In this document: one piece after another, positions 27,617 to 36,873 of the stretch
How the letters are laid out: each line of letters starts with the position of its first letter
How positions within the stretch are numbered: the stretch's first letter is position 1
Made by a program: the position numbers and the translations under genes
Notes under the pieces: generated by a model
Database searches by the model: none
What the model saw: the letters and a program-made list of their open reading frames with translations, nothing else
Told to the model about the DNA's origin: nothing
DNA from: Deltaproteobacteria bacterium
GTDB taxonomy: Bacteria; Desulfobacterota; Desulfomonilia; UBA1062
DNA length: 64,000 nt
Direction: 5' to 3'
Assembly (NCBI GenBank): GCA_029547045.1
Contig: JAKPQL010000065.1
Span: 23,402 to 87,401 of the forward strand

Positions 27617-27683
27617 TCCGCTCACGAATATCCCGTGTGAGCCCTTGCATCTCCTCACCCCGTCGATGCCCCTGACTCTCCCC

Positions 27684-27712
27684 TTGACTCATCCTCCCAA
27701 TACTTATACAAA
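27684..27712 (+). promoter_or_regulatory. Sigma-70-like promoter (TTGACT-N15/17-TATACA/TACAAA) upstream of the DUF47-pitA pair
   Basis: The hexamers were read directly from the sequence. No clear Pho-box was recognised. Confidence 0.25.
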
Positions 27713-27764
27713 ATCACAAGGCCATCGACGATGTTTCTCAAGCGAGTACAGGGGAGGGACGGAT

Positions 27765-28391
27765 ATGGGCTTCAGCTTCATCCCGAAAGATTCGAATTTC
27801 TTTGTCCTTTTCAATAAGCAGGCACAATTCGCGGTTACCGCTGCATCCATGTTCGCCCAACAGACCTCCCGGGGCCCCTTTGACGCCGAATCGGTCTCCA
27901 AGATGAGGGACATCGAGCACCAGGCGGACGAGGTGGCCCACGAGATCATGAACCGCCTGAACAAGACCTTCATCACCCCCTTTGACCGCGAGGACATCCA
28001 CTCCCTGGCATGCGCCATGGACGACGTCATCGACATGATCTACACCATCACCAACCGCATGTATGTCTACAAGATCAAGAACGTGGATCAGGACCTCATC
28101 GAGTTTGCGGTCATCATCGAGAAGTCTGTCCGTGCCCTGGCCAAGGCGATAGAAGGCCTGCAGAATACCAAAAATCCACAGTGCGCCCTGGACTCGTGCA
28201 TCGAGGTGAACCGGCTCGAGAACGTGGGTGACACCATGAGGGACAACATCCTGGGCAAGCTCTTCGAGACGTCCACCGACCCCATCCACCTGGTCAAGTG
28301 GAAGGAGATCTACCAGTTCGCCGAGACCGTCCTCGACATGTGCGAAGACGTGGCACACGTGGTGGAATCCATCTTCGTGAAACAGGCATGA
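27765..28391 (+). CDS. DUF47 / PhoU-like Pit accessory protein
   Basis: The product is a TIGR00153-like helical protein located immediately upstream of pitA. AGGGGAGGGA RBS is present. Confidence 0.85.
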   Translation: MGFSFIPKDSNFFVLFNKQAQFAVTAASMFAQQTSRGPFDAESVSKMRDIEHQADEVAHEIMNRLNKTFITPFDREDIHSLACAMDDVIDMIYTITNRMYVYKIKNVDQDLIEFAVIIEKSVRALAKAIEGLQNTKNPQCALDSCIEVNRLENVGDTMRDNILGKLFETSTDPIHLVKWKEIYQFAETVLDMCEDVAHVVESIFVKQA

Positions 28392-28395
28392 TCCA

Positions 28396-29376
28396 ATGAC
28401 GATCTACATCGTCCTTCTCATCCTGCTGGCACTCTTCTTCGATTTCCTGAACGGGTTTCACGACTCGGCCAATTCCATTGCCACCATTGTCTCCACGCGG
28501 GTCCTCTCACCGAAGTACGCGGTGATCTGGGCCGCCTTCTTCAACTTCATCGCCTTTCTGTTCCTGGGCCTGCACGTGGCCAACACCATCGGCAAGGGGA
28601 TCATCGACGTGGGCATCATCGATGCGCACGTCATCTTCGCCACCCTCGTGGGCGCATGCCTGTGGGACATCCTCACCTGGTACCTCGGCCTGCCCACGAG
28701 CTCGTCCCACGCACTGATCGGCGGCATGGTGGGAGCTGCGCTGGTCAAGGCGGGTCCAGACTCGCTGGTTGCAGCGGGGATCATCAAGACCGTGGCCTTC
28801 ATCTTCGTCTCCCCCACGGTGGGGCTCCTCCTCGGCCTGACCATCGGGATAGTCGTCTACTGGGCATTCAGGAAGGCCACCCCGCTGCACGTGGACCACA
28901 TCTTCCGCAAGGGGCAGCTCGTCTCCGCCGCCCTGTACAGCCTCGGCCACGGCGGAAACGACGCCCAGAAGACCATGGGCATCATCGCGGGCCTGCTGTT
29001 CAGCGCCGGGGCGCTTGGCGAAACCTTTCACATCCCCTTCTGGGTGGTCTTTTCCTGCCAGGCCTCCATCGCCCTGGGCACCCTGTTCGGCGGGTGGAGG
29101 ATCGTCAAGACCATGGGCCAGAAGATCGCCAAGCTCAGGCCCGTGGACGGCTTCTGCGCCGAGACCGGGGCGGCAGCGAGCCTGTTCATCTCCACCATGA
29201 TGGGAGTTCCGGTGAGCACCACCCACACCATCACGGGCGCCATCATGGGCGTGGGTTCTCTCAGGCGCCTGAGCGCGGTGCGCTGGGGCGTGGCGGGGCG
29301 CATCGTGTGGGCCTGGATCCTCACCATCCCGGGTGCTGCGATCATCTCGGCAATAACCTATACGATTACGCAATAA
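28396..29376 (+). CDS. pitA: Inorganic phosphate transporter, PiT family
   Basis: The conserved motifs are 'FLNGFHDSANSIAT' and 'GHGGNDAQKTMG'. Confidence 0.9.
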   Translation: MTIYIVLLILLALFFDFLNGFHDSANSIATIVSTRVLSPKYAVIWAAFFNFIAFLFLGLHVANTIGKGIIDVGIIDAHVIFATLVGACLWDILTWYLGLPTSSSHALIGGMVGAALVKAGPDSLVAAGIIKTVAFIFVSPTVGLLLGLTIGIVVYWAFRKATPLHVDHIFRKGQLVSAALYSLGHGGNDAQKTMGIIAGLLFSAGALGETFHIPFWVVFSCQASIALGTLFGGWRIVKTMGQKIAKLRPVDGFCAETGAAASLFISTMMGVPVSTTHTITGAIMGVGSLRRLSAVRWGVAGRIVWAWILTIPGAAIISAITYTITQ

Positions 29377-29450
29377 ACCAAGATTTCACGATATCTTCAT
29401 CCTTCCTTAACACTGTCGGGTGTAGTGTAACGGAAAAACAGTTCGGAGGA

Positions 29451-30296
29451 ATGAAGATGAATACACGGTTGTCTCTATCAGTGTTCCTGTGCATCCTGGC
29501 GGCGGGGCTTCTCATCCCTGTTGTCCCGGCTACCGGCCATGCGTCGGGTGGAGCCATCACCATCAAGGGATCCACCACGGTGCTCCCGATCGCCCAGGTG
29601 GCGGCCGAGGAATTCATGGACAGGAACCCGGGCATCAAGATCTCGGTGCAGGGCGGAGGATCAGGCGTGGGGATCTCCTCGCTCATCGACAAAACCACGG
29701 ACATCGCCACCTCGTCCCGCAGGATCAAACCCGAAGAGATCGAGAAGGCCAAGGCCAAGGGCGTGACACCCAGCGAGATCGTCATCGCCCTGGACGGTAT
29801 CGCGGTGATCGTGCACCCGGGCAACAAGGTGAGCGCGCTCACCAAGGCCCAGCTCAAGGACATCTACACCGGCAGGATCTCCAACTGGAAGGAACTCGGC
29901 GGAGCCGACGCCAAGATCGTCACGGTGAGCCGCGACACCTCGAGCGGAACCTACGAGGCCTTTGAGGCGCTGGCCATCAACAAGGAGAAGGTGAGGCCCG
30001 ATGCGCTGACCACGGCATCCAACCAGGCTGTGGCCCAGACCGTTGCCCAGACCCCGGGCGCCATCGGGTATGTGGGTCATGGCTACCTCACCGGCAAGGT
30101 GAAGGACGTGACCGTGGACGGCGTCAAGTGCACCAAACAGAACATCCAGTCCGGCAAGTACCCCCTTGCACGGGAGCTGTACATGTATACGAACGGCAAG
30201 CCGTCGGGCAACACGGCCCTGTTCGTACACTTCGTGCTCAGCAAGGACGGGCAGAAGCTGGTGGAAGACGAAGGTTTCGTGGACATCCTGAAATAG
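29451..30296 (+). CDS. pstS: Phosphate ABC transporter substrate-binding protein PstS
   Basis: The product has a signal peptide and the PstS motifs 'ITIKGSTTVLPIAQ' and 'GGGSGVG...SSR'. The start is 29451 or 29457. Confidence 0.9.
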   Translation: MKMNTRLSLSVFLCILAAGLLIPVVPATGHASGGAITIKGSTTVLPIAQVAAEEFMDRNPGIKISVQGGGSGVGISSLIDKTTDIATSSRRIKPEEIEKAKAKGVTPSEIVIALDGIAVIVHPGNKVSALTKAQLKDIYTGRISNWKELGGADAKIVTVSRDTSSGTYEAFEALAINKEKVRPDALTTASNQAVAQTVAQTPGAIGYVGHGYLTGKVKDVTVDGVKCTKQNIQSGKYPLARELYMYTNGKPSGNTALFVHFVLSKDGQKLVEDEGFVDILK

Positions 30297-30312
30297 CCTC
30301 TTTGAACGAACT

Positions 30313-30349
30313 GCCGGGGAGAAAGGTCTCCATGCCCTTTCTCCCCGGC
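30313..30349 (+). terminator. Perfect 14-bp stem / 9-nt loop hairpin (GCCGGGGAGAAAGG...CCTTTCTCCCCGGC) between pstS and pstC
   Basis: Both arms are exact reverse complements. A T/C-rich tract follows the hairpin. The position is typical of an intra-operon attenuator or stabiliser after pstS. Confidence 0.55.
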
Positions 30350-30440
30350 TCTCTTCCCTGTTCTCAGGCTCGAGAAAAAGAACGAAAACTTCACACAATC
30401 TTAACCAATCCCGACTATAGGTACAGACCGGGGAACAGCA

Positions 30441-31340
30441 ATGGATATCAGGAGATTCAGATCATTCAAAGAGGGCGTGTACAAGTACAGCTTCGCCATG
30501 CTCGCCTTTGCATCCCTGGTCTTCCTCTTGGGTATCATCCTCACCCTGTTCATGCAGTCATGGCAGGTCTTCTCCACCATCCCCCTGACCGACATGGTCT
30601 TCGGGAAACACTGGTACCCCACCCACGAAGATGCCGCGTTCGGCATGTGGCCGCTGATGGCGGGCACCGCCCTGGTAACGCTGGGCGCCATGTTCGTCTG
30701 CGTACCCATCGGCGTGGGGACCGCGCTCTACATCCACGAGCTGGCAGGCCAGCGGCAGAGGGCCTTCCTGAAGCCCCTCATCGAGGTGCTGGCCGGGGTC
30801 CCGTCCATCGTGTACGGCTTCTTCGGCATGGTCATCGTGGCGCCCTTCCTGCAGGACCTCCTGGATATCCCCACGGGCCTGTGCGCCTTCACCGCGAGCC
30901 TGATCCTCGGTATCATGGCCACCCCCACGGTGGCGAGCCTGTCCGAGGACGCGCTGAGCTTCGTCCCGCGGAGCTTCCGCGAGGCCTCGCTGGCGCTCGG
31001 GGCCAACCGGTGGCAGACCCTCACGAAGGTGGTGGTCCCGGCGGCCGGGTCCGGCATCTCCACGGCCATCATCCTGGGCCTCGGCAGGGCCGTGGGCGAG
31101 ACCATGACCGTGCTCATGGTGGCGGGCGGTGCAGCGGCCATACCGAAGGGCATCTTCGACCCGGTGCGCCCCATGACGTCCACCATCGCGGCCGAGATGG
31201 GAGAAGCGGTCATGGGGAGCCTCCATTTCAGCGCACTCTTCGCCATCGGGCTGATCCTGTTCCTCATCACGCTTGGTGTAAACGTCATCGCCGAGGTCGT
31301 CAGCAGGAGATTCCGGCTGAAGCTGGGGCTGGGCAGATGA
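30441..31340 (+). CDS. pstC: Phosphate ABC transporter permease PstC
   Basis: The product has 6 TM helices and the EAA-like loop 'ALGANRWQTLTKVVVP'. Confidence 0.9.
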   Translation: MDIRRFRSFKEGVYKYSFAMLAFASLVFLLGIILTLFMQSWQVFSTIPLTDMVFGKHWYPTHEDAAFGMWPLMAGTALVTLGAMFVCVPIGVGTALYIHELAGQRQRAFLKPLIEVLAGVPSIVYGFFGMVIVAPFLQDLLDIPTGLCAFTASLILGIMATPTVASLSEDALSFVPRSFREASLALGANRWQTLTKVVVPAAGSGISTAIILGLGRAVGETMTVLMVAGGAAAIPKGIFDPVRPMTSTIAAEMGEAVMGSLHFSALFAIGLILFLITLGVNVIAEVVSRRFRLKLGLGR

Positions 31341-32254
31341 ACATATCGGATACGGCGATCCAGACCACCGGGAAAGGCATGGGGCTTGTCGGGAAGCGCC
31401 TGCGCACGAGCGACCTGGTGCAGGCCCTGGGCTTTGCGTGCCTGATCCTGTGCGTCCTGTTCGCCCTGTTCTTCCTGGGGTCCCTCATATACTTCATCAC
31501 CGCCAAGGGCATATCCGTCATTTCCTGGGAATTCCTCACTTCGGTGCCGCGGCGCGCCATGACCAGAGGAGGCGTGGCGCCCGCCATCGTGGGCACCTTC
31601 TACCTCACCGTGGGGGCGCTCTCCTTCGCCCTGCCCCTGGGGCTGGCCTGCGCCATCTACCTGTGCGAGTACAGCCCTGGCACCACGGTGGTGAATATCA
31701 TCAGGCTCTCCATCAACAACCTCGCAGGGGTCCCGTCCGTGGTGTTCGGGCTCTTCGGGTTCGCGGTCTTCGTGAAAATGTTCGGCTTCGGCGTGTCCAT
31801 CCTCTCGGGCAGCCTGACGCTCGGCATCATGGCCCTGCCCGGCATCATCTCTGCCTCCCAGGAGGCCATCCTGGCCGTGCCGCAGTCGTACAAGGAGGCG
31901 TCCCTGGCGCTCGGGGCCACCCACTGGCAGACCATCAGGAAGGTGGTGCTGCCCACGGCCCTGCCGGGGATCCTCACCGGCGTGATACTGAACGTGGGCC
32001 GGGTGGCGGGCGAGACCGCGCCCATCCTGTTCACGGCCGCCACCTTCTACACCAGGGGATACCCGGACTCCGTCTTCTCCGAGGTCATGGCCCTGCCGTA
32101 CCACATCTATGCCCTCATGACCGAGGGGACCAGGCCCGAGGTGCAGACCGGCATCGCGTACGGCTGCGCGCTCATCCTGCTGGCCCTGGTGCTTGCCATA
32201 TCGGCCCTGGCCATTATCCTGAGACAGAGACAGAGGATCAACTATGGCTCCTGA
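31337..32254 (+). CDS. pstA: Phosphate ABC transporter permease PstA
   Basis: The conserved loop is '[18 protein letters not shown]'. The start overlaps the pstC stop (ATGA). Confidence 0.9.
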   Translation: MNISDTAIQTTGKGMGLVGKRLRTSDLVQALGFACLILCVLFALFFLGSLIYFITAKGISVISWEFLTSVPRRAMTRGGVAPAIVGTFYLTVGALSFALPLGLACAIYLCEYSPGTTVVNIIRLSINNLAGVPSVVFGLFGFAVFVKMFGFGVSILSGSLTLGIMALPGIISASQEAILAVPQSYKEASLALGATHWQTIRKVVLPTALPGILTGVILNVGRVAGETAPILFTAATFYTRGYPDSVFSEVMALPYHIYALMTEGTRPEVQTGIAYGCALILLALVLAISALAIILRQRQRINYGS

Positions 32255-33005
32255 GACCAAGATCAGCGCGAGAGACGTCGATTTCTACTATGGCAGGACC
32301 AAGGCCCTGAAAGGCATCTCGCTGGACATCCACTCCAAGCAGGTCACCGCGCTCATCGGGCCTTCCGGGTGCGGCAAGTCCACCTTCATCCGGCTGTTGA
32401 ACCGCATGAACGACCTCATCCCTGGCTCGAAGGTTCAAGGCTCCATCCTCATGGACGGTCTCGACATCAACCACCCCAAGACCGACGTGGTGGAGCTCCG
32501 TCGCAGGGTGGGCATGGTCTTTCAGAAGCCCAACCCCTTTCCCAAGAGCATCTACGACAACATGGCCTACGGGCTCGTCATAGGCGGCATCAGGGACAGG
32601 GACATCATCGAGCAGCGGGTCGTCACCTCGCTCAAGAAGGCGGCCCTGTACGATGACGTGAAGGACCGCCTCCACGACAGCGCGCTCATGCTCTCGGGCG
32701 GCCAGCAGCAGCGGCTCTGCATCGCGCGGTGCCTCGTGGTGGAGCCCGAGGTGATCCTGTTCGACGAGCCCTGCGCGAGCCTGGACCCCATCTCCACCCG
32801 CAAGATCGAGGAGCTGATCCTGGAGCTCAAGCAGGACTACACCATCGCCATCGTCACCCACAACATGCAGCAGGCTGCCCGGGTCTCGGACTACACCGCC
32901 TTCATGTACCTGGGCGAGCTCGTCGAGTACGACCGCACGGAACGGATGTTCACCGTTCCCAAGGAGCGCATGACAGAGGAATACCTGAGCGGCAAGTTCG
33001 GATAA
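32244..33005 (+). CDS. pstB: Phosphate ABC transporter ATP-binding protein PstB
   Basis: Walker A is 'GPSGCGKST', the signature is 'LSGGQQQRL' and Walker B is 'ILFDEP'. Confidence 0.95.
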   Translation: MAPETKISARDVDFYYGRTKALKGISLDIHSKQVTALIGPSGCGKSTFIRLLNRMNDLIPGSKVQGSILMDGLDINHPKTDVVELRRRVGMVFQKPNPFPKSIYDNMAYGLVIGGIRDRDIIEQRVVTSLKKAALYDDVKDRLHDSALMLSGGQQQRLCIARCLVVEPEVILFDEPCASLDPISTRKIEELILELKQDYTIAIVTHNMQQAARVSDYTAFMYLGELVEYDRTERMFTVPKERMTEEYLSGKFG

Positions 33006-33014
33006 GGAGACACC

Positions 33015-33674
33015 ATGCTGGAAGAGTCGAAACTGGTACAGGTGAAGAGAGAGCTCATGGAGTTCGCCGCCCTGGTGGAGTCCATGGTGGACAAGAGCGT
33101 CACCGGGCTGAAGAACCGCACCGCGGATCTCCTCCACGAGGTGATCGAGACGGACGAGCCCAGGGCAAACAGCTTCGAGACGGACCTTGACGAGCGGTGC
33201 GTGTCCATCATCGCCCAGCACCAGCCCGCGGGCAAGTCGCTCCGCACCATCCTCATGGTGCTGCACATCAACTCCACCCTTGAGCGCATAGGCGACCACG
33301 CGGTGACCATCGCAGAGAGCTCGCTCTTCCTCATGGAAAGGGCGCCGGTGAAGCAGCTCATCGACATCCCCCACATGGCCGAGGTGGTCAAGACCATGAT
33401 CACGGACAGCATCGACTCCTTCATCAACGAAGACGCCGAGCTCGCAAGGGCCGTGTGCGAGCGGGACGACGTCGTGGACGGACTGCGCACCCAGATCCTG
33501 CGGGAACTCATCACCTTCATGACCTCGGACCCCACCACCATCGAACGGGCCCTGCAGATCATGAAGATCGCGAGCAACCTGGAGCGAGTGGCCGACCTCG
33601 CCACGAACATCTGCGAGGACGTCATCTACATGGTCAAGGGTAAGGTGATCAAGCACCACAAGGACAGCGAGTGA
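33015..33674 (+). CDS. phoU: Phosphate signalling complex protein PhoU
   Basis: The product is a duplicated PhoU domain with 'ERIGDHAVTIAE' and 'ERVADLATNICE'. Confidence 0.9.
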   Translation: MLEESKLVQVKRELMEFAALVESMVDKSVTGLKNRTADLLHEVIETDEPRANSFETDLDERCVSIIAQHQPAGKSLRTILMVLHINSTLERIGDHAVTIAESSLFLMERAPVKQLIDIPHMAEVVKTMITDSIDSFINEDAELARAVCERDDVVDGLRTQILRELITFMTSDPTTIERALQIMKIASNLERVADLATNICEDVIYMVKGKVIKHHKDSE

Positions 33675-33716
33675 ACTGGTTCTCCCCTGGCCGCGTCGCC
33701 CGGGAGAGGCCTCCTG

Positions 33717-34499
33717 TCAGAATGACCTGAAGACCTCGTACGAGACGAACATGACGATCTCGATGGCGATGAGCGCGATGATGATCCACTCGAGGCTGGC
33801 CGAGTGCTTGTGGTACTGCTCGGCGGCGAGCATGCTGAAGAGCTCATGGATGACCTCGAGCTTGTCGTTGAGCGTCTCGGCCCGCTGGGTCACTTCCAGG
33901 TAGCGGGCCATCATCACGTAGGTCTTCTCCCATTCCGGGTACTCCCAGAAGAACTCCGGCGTTTCGAGCAGGTTGTTGCGCAGGTTGATGTCGCTCTTCA
34001 CCAGGTAGAGCCTGCCCCGCATCATGGCGATCTCCTTCCGCTTCAGGCGGGTCTCTCCGGTGTGCGCGATGTTGATGGGGATCTGGGAGGTCTCCTCGAT
34101 GGTGTTCTGGGCCGCGATCTCGAACTCCTCGAGCTTCACCGACTGGGCGATGCCGTGCGACAGGGCGAGCTTTTCCAGGACCTCGTCCGTCTCCAGACTG
34201 ATGTGGTCATCCTTTACGCGGCTCGCACCGTCCACTGAGAAGCTGAACTCGTCCAGGATGTGCCGGGCAAAGGGCTCGATGCGGTATGCGTCCACGGCGG
34301 CGAGCACCCGGTCGAGATCGTTCTGGGGAAGGCCCCAGGCCACCAGTGCCCCGTAGGAGAAGAGGAACACGTCACCCGCCTTGAGCTTCAGGTGCAGCAC
34401 GTCGCGGTATGCAGTGCACTTGTGCTGGTCCTCCAGACCGGCCTTCAATGCCGGGAAGTCGAAATTCTTGGCCACGCACAGGGCGATGCAGGTTTCCAC
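33717..34499 (-). CDS. DUF155 / RMD1-family protein
   Basis: The product has a DUF155 core and a C-terminal TM helix. A GTG start is proposed at 34499 because GGGGAGGGAG sits 7 nt upstream. Confidence 0.65.
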   Translation of the reverse strand: METCIALCVAKNFDFPALKAGLEDQHKCTAYRDVLHLKLKAGDVFLFSYGALVAWGLPQNDLDRVLAAVDAYRIEPFARHILDEFSFSVDGASRVKDDHISLETDEVLEKLALSHGIAQSVKLEEFEIAAQNTIEETSQIPINIAHTGETRLKRKEIAMMRGRLYLVKSDINLRNNLLETPEFFWEYPEWEKTYVMMARYLEVTQRAETLNDKLEVIHELFSMLAAEQYHKHSASLEWIIIALIAIEIVMFVSYEVFRSF

Positions 34500-34614
34500 C
34501 GGGTCGCTCCCTCCCCTTGTCTCGCGGCGTCTGTCTGCCGCACAGTGCACAGTATACCAGAAAAACAAAAGGAGCAGGAGCTCCTTATCGGATCAGGGGG
34601 TCCCAGGCGGGCTG

Positions 34615-34863
34615 TCAGGACGGACGTGGCCGGGAATCGGGCAGCCTGTGGACGCCTGCCACCCTGACCCTGCCTGCCAGGACCTCCTCGGCGAGGGCCC
34701 GCTGGTGGGCGTCCACGCGGATGCAGACACCGCAGTCTGAGCTGATATGCCGGGGGATCGGCACGAGTTTGTAGGGTATGCCCTTCTCCTTCAATGCCTG
34801 CTCGGCGGCCAGGGTCGCGCTCACCGACTCGAAGACGAGCACCCAGCGTTCCACCGTGCTCAT
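34615..34863 (-). CDS. DUF3343 (putative Se/S carrier-like) small protein
   Basis: The 82-aa product carries 'VLVFESVSATLAAEQALKEKGIPYKLVPIPRHISSDCGVCIRV'. Its start overlaps the yedF stop (ATGA). Confidence 0.7.
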   Translation of the reverse strand: MSTVERWVLVFESVSATLAAEQALKEKGIPYKLVPIPRHISSDCGVCIRVDAHQRALAEEVLAGRVRVAGVHRLPDSRPRPS

Positions 34864-35441
34864 ACCCGCACGATCCGGCCCGCCTGGAGCATGGTCTGGG
34901 CGATGTCGTACATGTTGGACACCGATCCCACCGCGAGCCTGTCCTTGAGGTCGAAGAAGCCCAGGCAGGTCCCGCACACCAGTATGCGCGTCCCCTGGCC
35001 GGCCAGGGCCTGCAGGTCGTCCAGCACCTCGGATCCTGCCACGGCGAGCCTCACACCGGTGTTGAACAGGATGAGCACATCGGGTCGGGGGGACGTGTCC
35101 TGAAGCGTGTGGATGAAGCTCTTCATGAGGACCGACCCCAAGGTGTCGTCGCCGCTGCCCATGGTGTCGGAGCCGAGGACAGCCACCACCGGTCCCCCCT
35201 CCGCGATGATCTCCCCCGCCATGGGACATGCGACCTGCCGGGTTATGGTGAGCAGGGTGTCGAGACCCTGCTCCTGCTCGGAAACCGCACAGCCGAGACT
35301 GGTCGCGAGCTTCCTGACGTTCTCCCGGGCAATGGCGTCGTTCACTAGGACCACGACTTCGTCGTGATCAGCCAGGGCCTTCTTCGCCAGGATCACTGGC
35401 TGCGGGCATGCCAGCCCGCGGGCGTCAACGGTATGTGCCAT
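34860..35441 (-). CDS. yedF: YedF-type selenium-metabolism protein (TusA-like N-domain plus DsrE/DsrF-like C-domain)
   Basis: The TusA 'CPxP' motif is 'TVDARGLACPQPV'. The C-terminal half is DsrE-like ('VLILFNTGVRL...ILVCGTC'). GGAGGGAG RBS is present. Confidence 0.7.
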   Translation of the reverse strand: MAHTVDARGLACPQPVILAKKALADHDEVVVLVNDAIARENVRKLATSLGCAVSEQEQGLDTLLTITRQVACPMAGEIIAEGGPVVAVLGSDTMGSGDDTLGSVLMKSFIHTLQDTSPRPDVLILFNTGVRLAVAGSEVLDDLQALAGQGTRILVCGTCLGFFDLKDRLAVGSVSNMYDIAQTMLQAGRIVRV

Positions 35442-35475
35442 GGGTTCTCCCTCCTTGCGTTGTCCTGTTGCGCGC

Positions 35476-36639
35476 TCACCGATTGTATGCGATGGATGCA
35501 ACGGCATCAATGGTCTCGTCGATATCCCGGGCCGTGTTGAAGAACCCGATGCTCGCCCGTACGGTGCCCTGGGGGAAGGTCCCCAGCGCCCTGTGGGCCG
35601 AGGGCGCGCAATGCAGCCCGGACCGGATCATGATGCCGAACTCGTCGTCGAGCCTGAAGGCCACTTCGGAGGGCTCCACGCCCTCCAGGGTGAAGGACAC
35701 CACGGCGATCCTGTGATAAGGGTCCCGCGGGCCGATGACCCTTATGCCCTCGATGGCGGCGAGGCCCTCCATGAGTCTGCGGGCGAGCGTCATCTCGTGT
35801 TCCCTGATCCGCTCGACGCCCTGGGAGGCCACGAAGTCGATCCCGGCGAGCAGCCCAGCGATGCCGGGAGTGTTCGGGGTGCCGGACTCGTACTTGTCCG
35901 GCATGAAGAGCGGCTGCTCCTCGCGCTCCGAGGCGCTCCCCGTCCCGCCCATGGCCAGCGGCGAGATGCGTGCTTCGAGCCCTTCCCGGACATAGAGCCC
36001 CCCGGTTCCCTGGGGACCGTACAGGGACTTGTGCCCGGTGAAGGCGAGGAGGTCTATGCCGTCGCGTCCCACGTCGATGGGCAGGCACCCGGCGGTCTGG
36101 GAGGCATCCACGCACAGGGGGATGCCCCGCTCACTGGTGATGGCCCCCACCTGGGACACGGGCATGACGGTGCCGGACACGTTGGACGCATGGGTGAGCA
36201 CCACCAGCGCGGTCTGCCTTCTGATGGCCTTCCCCACGTCGTCCGGATCGAGGGTTCCGTCCGCGGAGCATGCCACCACGCTCACCTCGACGCCCCGCAG
36301 CTCCATGGCGCGCAGGGGCCGCATCACCGAGTTGTGCTCCATGGCGGAGGTGATGACGTGGTCCCCGGGCCCGAGCATGCCCTGGATGACTATGTTCAGC
36401 GCCCCGGTTGCGTTCCCGGTGAACACGAGCCGCAGGGGATCGGATATTCCGAACAGGGCCGCTGTTTGCCGTCGGGCCTCTGCGATGACGCGGGCCGCCT
36501 CTATGGACAGCGTGTGCCCGGACCTCCCGGGGTTCGCAGCTGCCTCCCTGATGATATGCTCCACGGCACGCGGCACGCATTCGGGCTTGGGCCAGGTGCT
36601 CGCGGCGTTGTCGAGATAGATGCGCAGCTTCTCTTCCAT
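35476..36639 (-). CDS. Cysteine desulfurase family protein (class V aminotransferase; possible selenocysteine lyase)
   Basis: The PLP lysine region is 'LAFTGHKSLYGPQGTGGLYV' and the catalytic Cys loop is 'RSGLHCAPSAH'. AAGGAAGA RBS is present. Confidence 0.85.
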   Translation of the reverse strand: MEEKLRIYLDNAASTWPKPECVPRAVEHIIREAAANPGRSGHTLSIEAARVIAEARRQTAALFGISDPLRLVFTGNATGALNIVIQGMLGPGDHVITSAMEHNSVMRPLRAMELRGVEVSVVACSADGTLDPDDVGKAIRRQTALVVLTHASNVSGTVMPVSQVGAITSERGIPLCVDASQTAGCLPIDVGRDGIDLLAFTGHKSLYGPQGTGGLYVREGLEARISPLAMGGTGSASEREEQPLFMPDKYESGTPNTPGIAGLLAGIDFVASQGVERIREHEMTLARRLMEGLAAIEGIRVIGPRDPYHRIAVVSFTLEGVEPSEVAFRLDDEFGIMIRSGLHCAPSAHRALGTFPQGTVRASIGFFNTARDIDETIDAVASIAYNR

Positions 36640-36873
36640 GTCTTCCTTGGCGAGTGGGGTTTGCGTGCAGAGGCTTGCTTGTTTGCCGGAGCAGGTACCT
36701 GCACGTGTTCCTGTGCCGAGCACTAGAGGATCAGGCCTGCCCTGTCAAATGCAGAAAATGCATACCGCGCACAGTCCGATGCGTAATGAGAATGCATCAA
36801 GACACAGATCCGAGGGTGAAGGCCCGGGCCGCCCATCGCGCCGGGGCCTTCTCCTCCATGCCTGGGGAAGATT

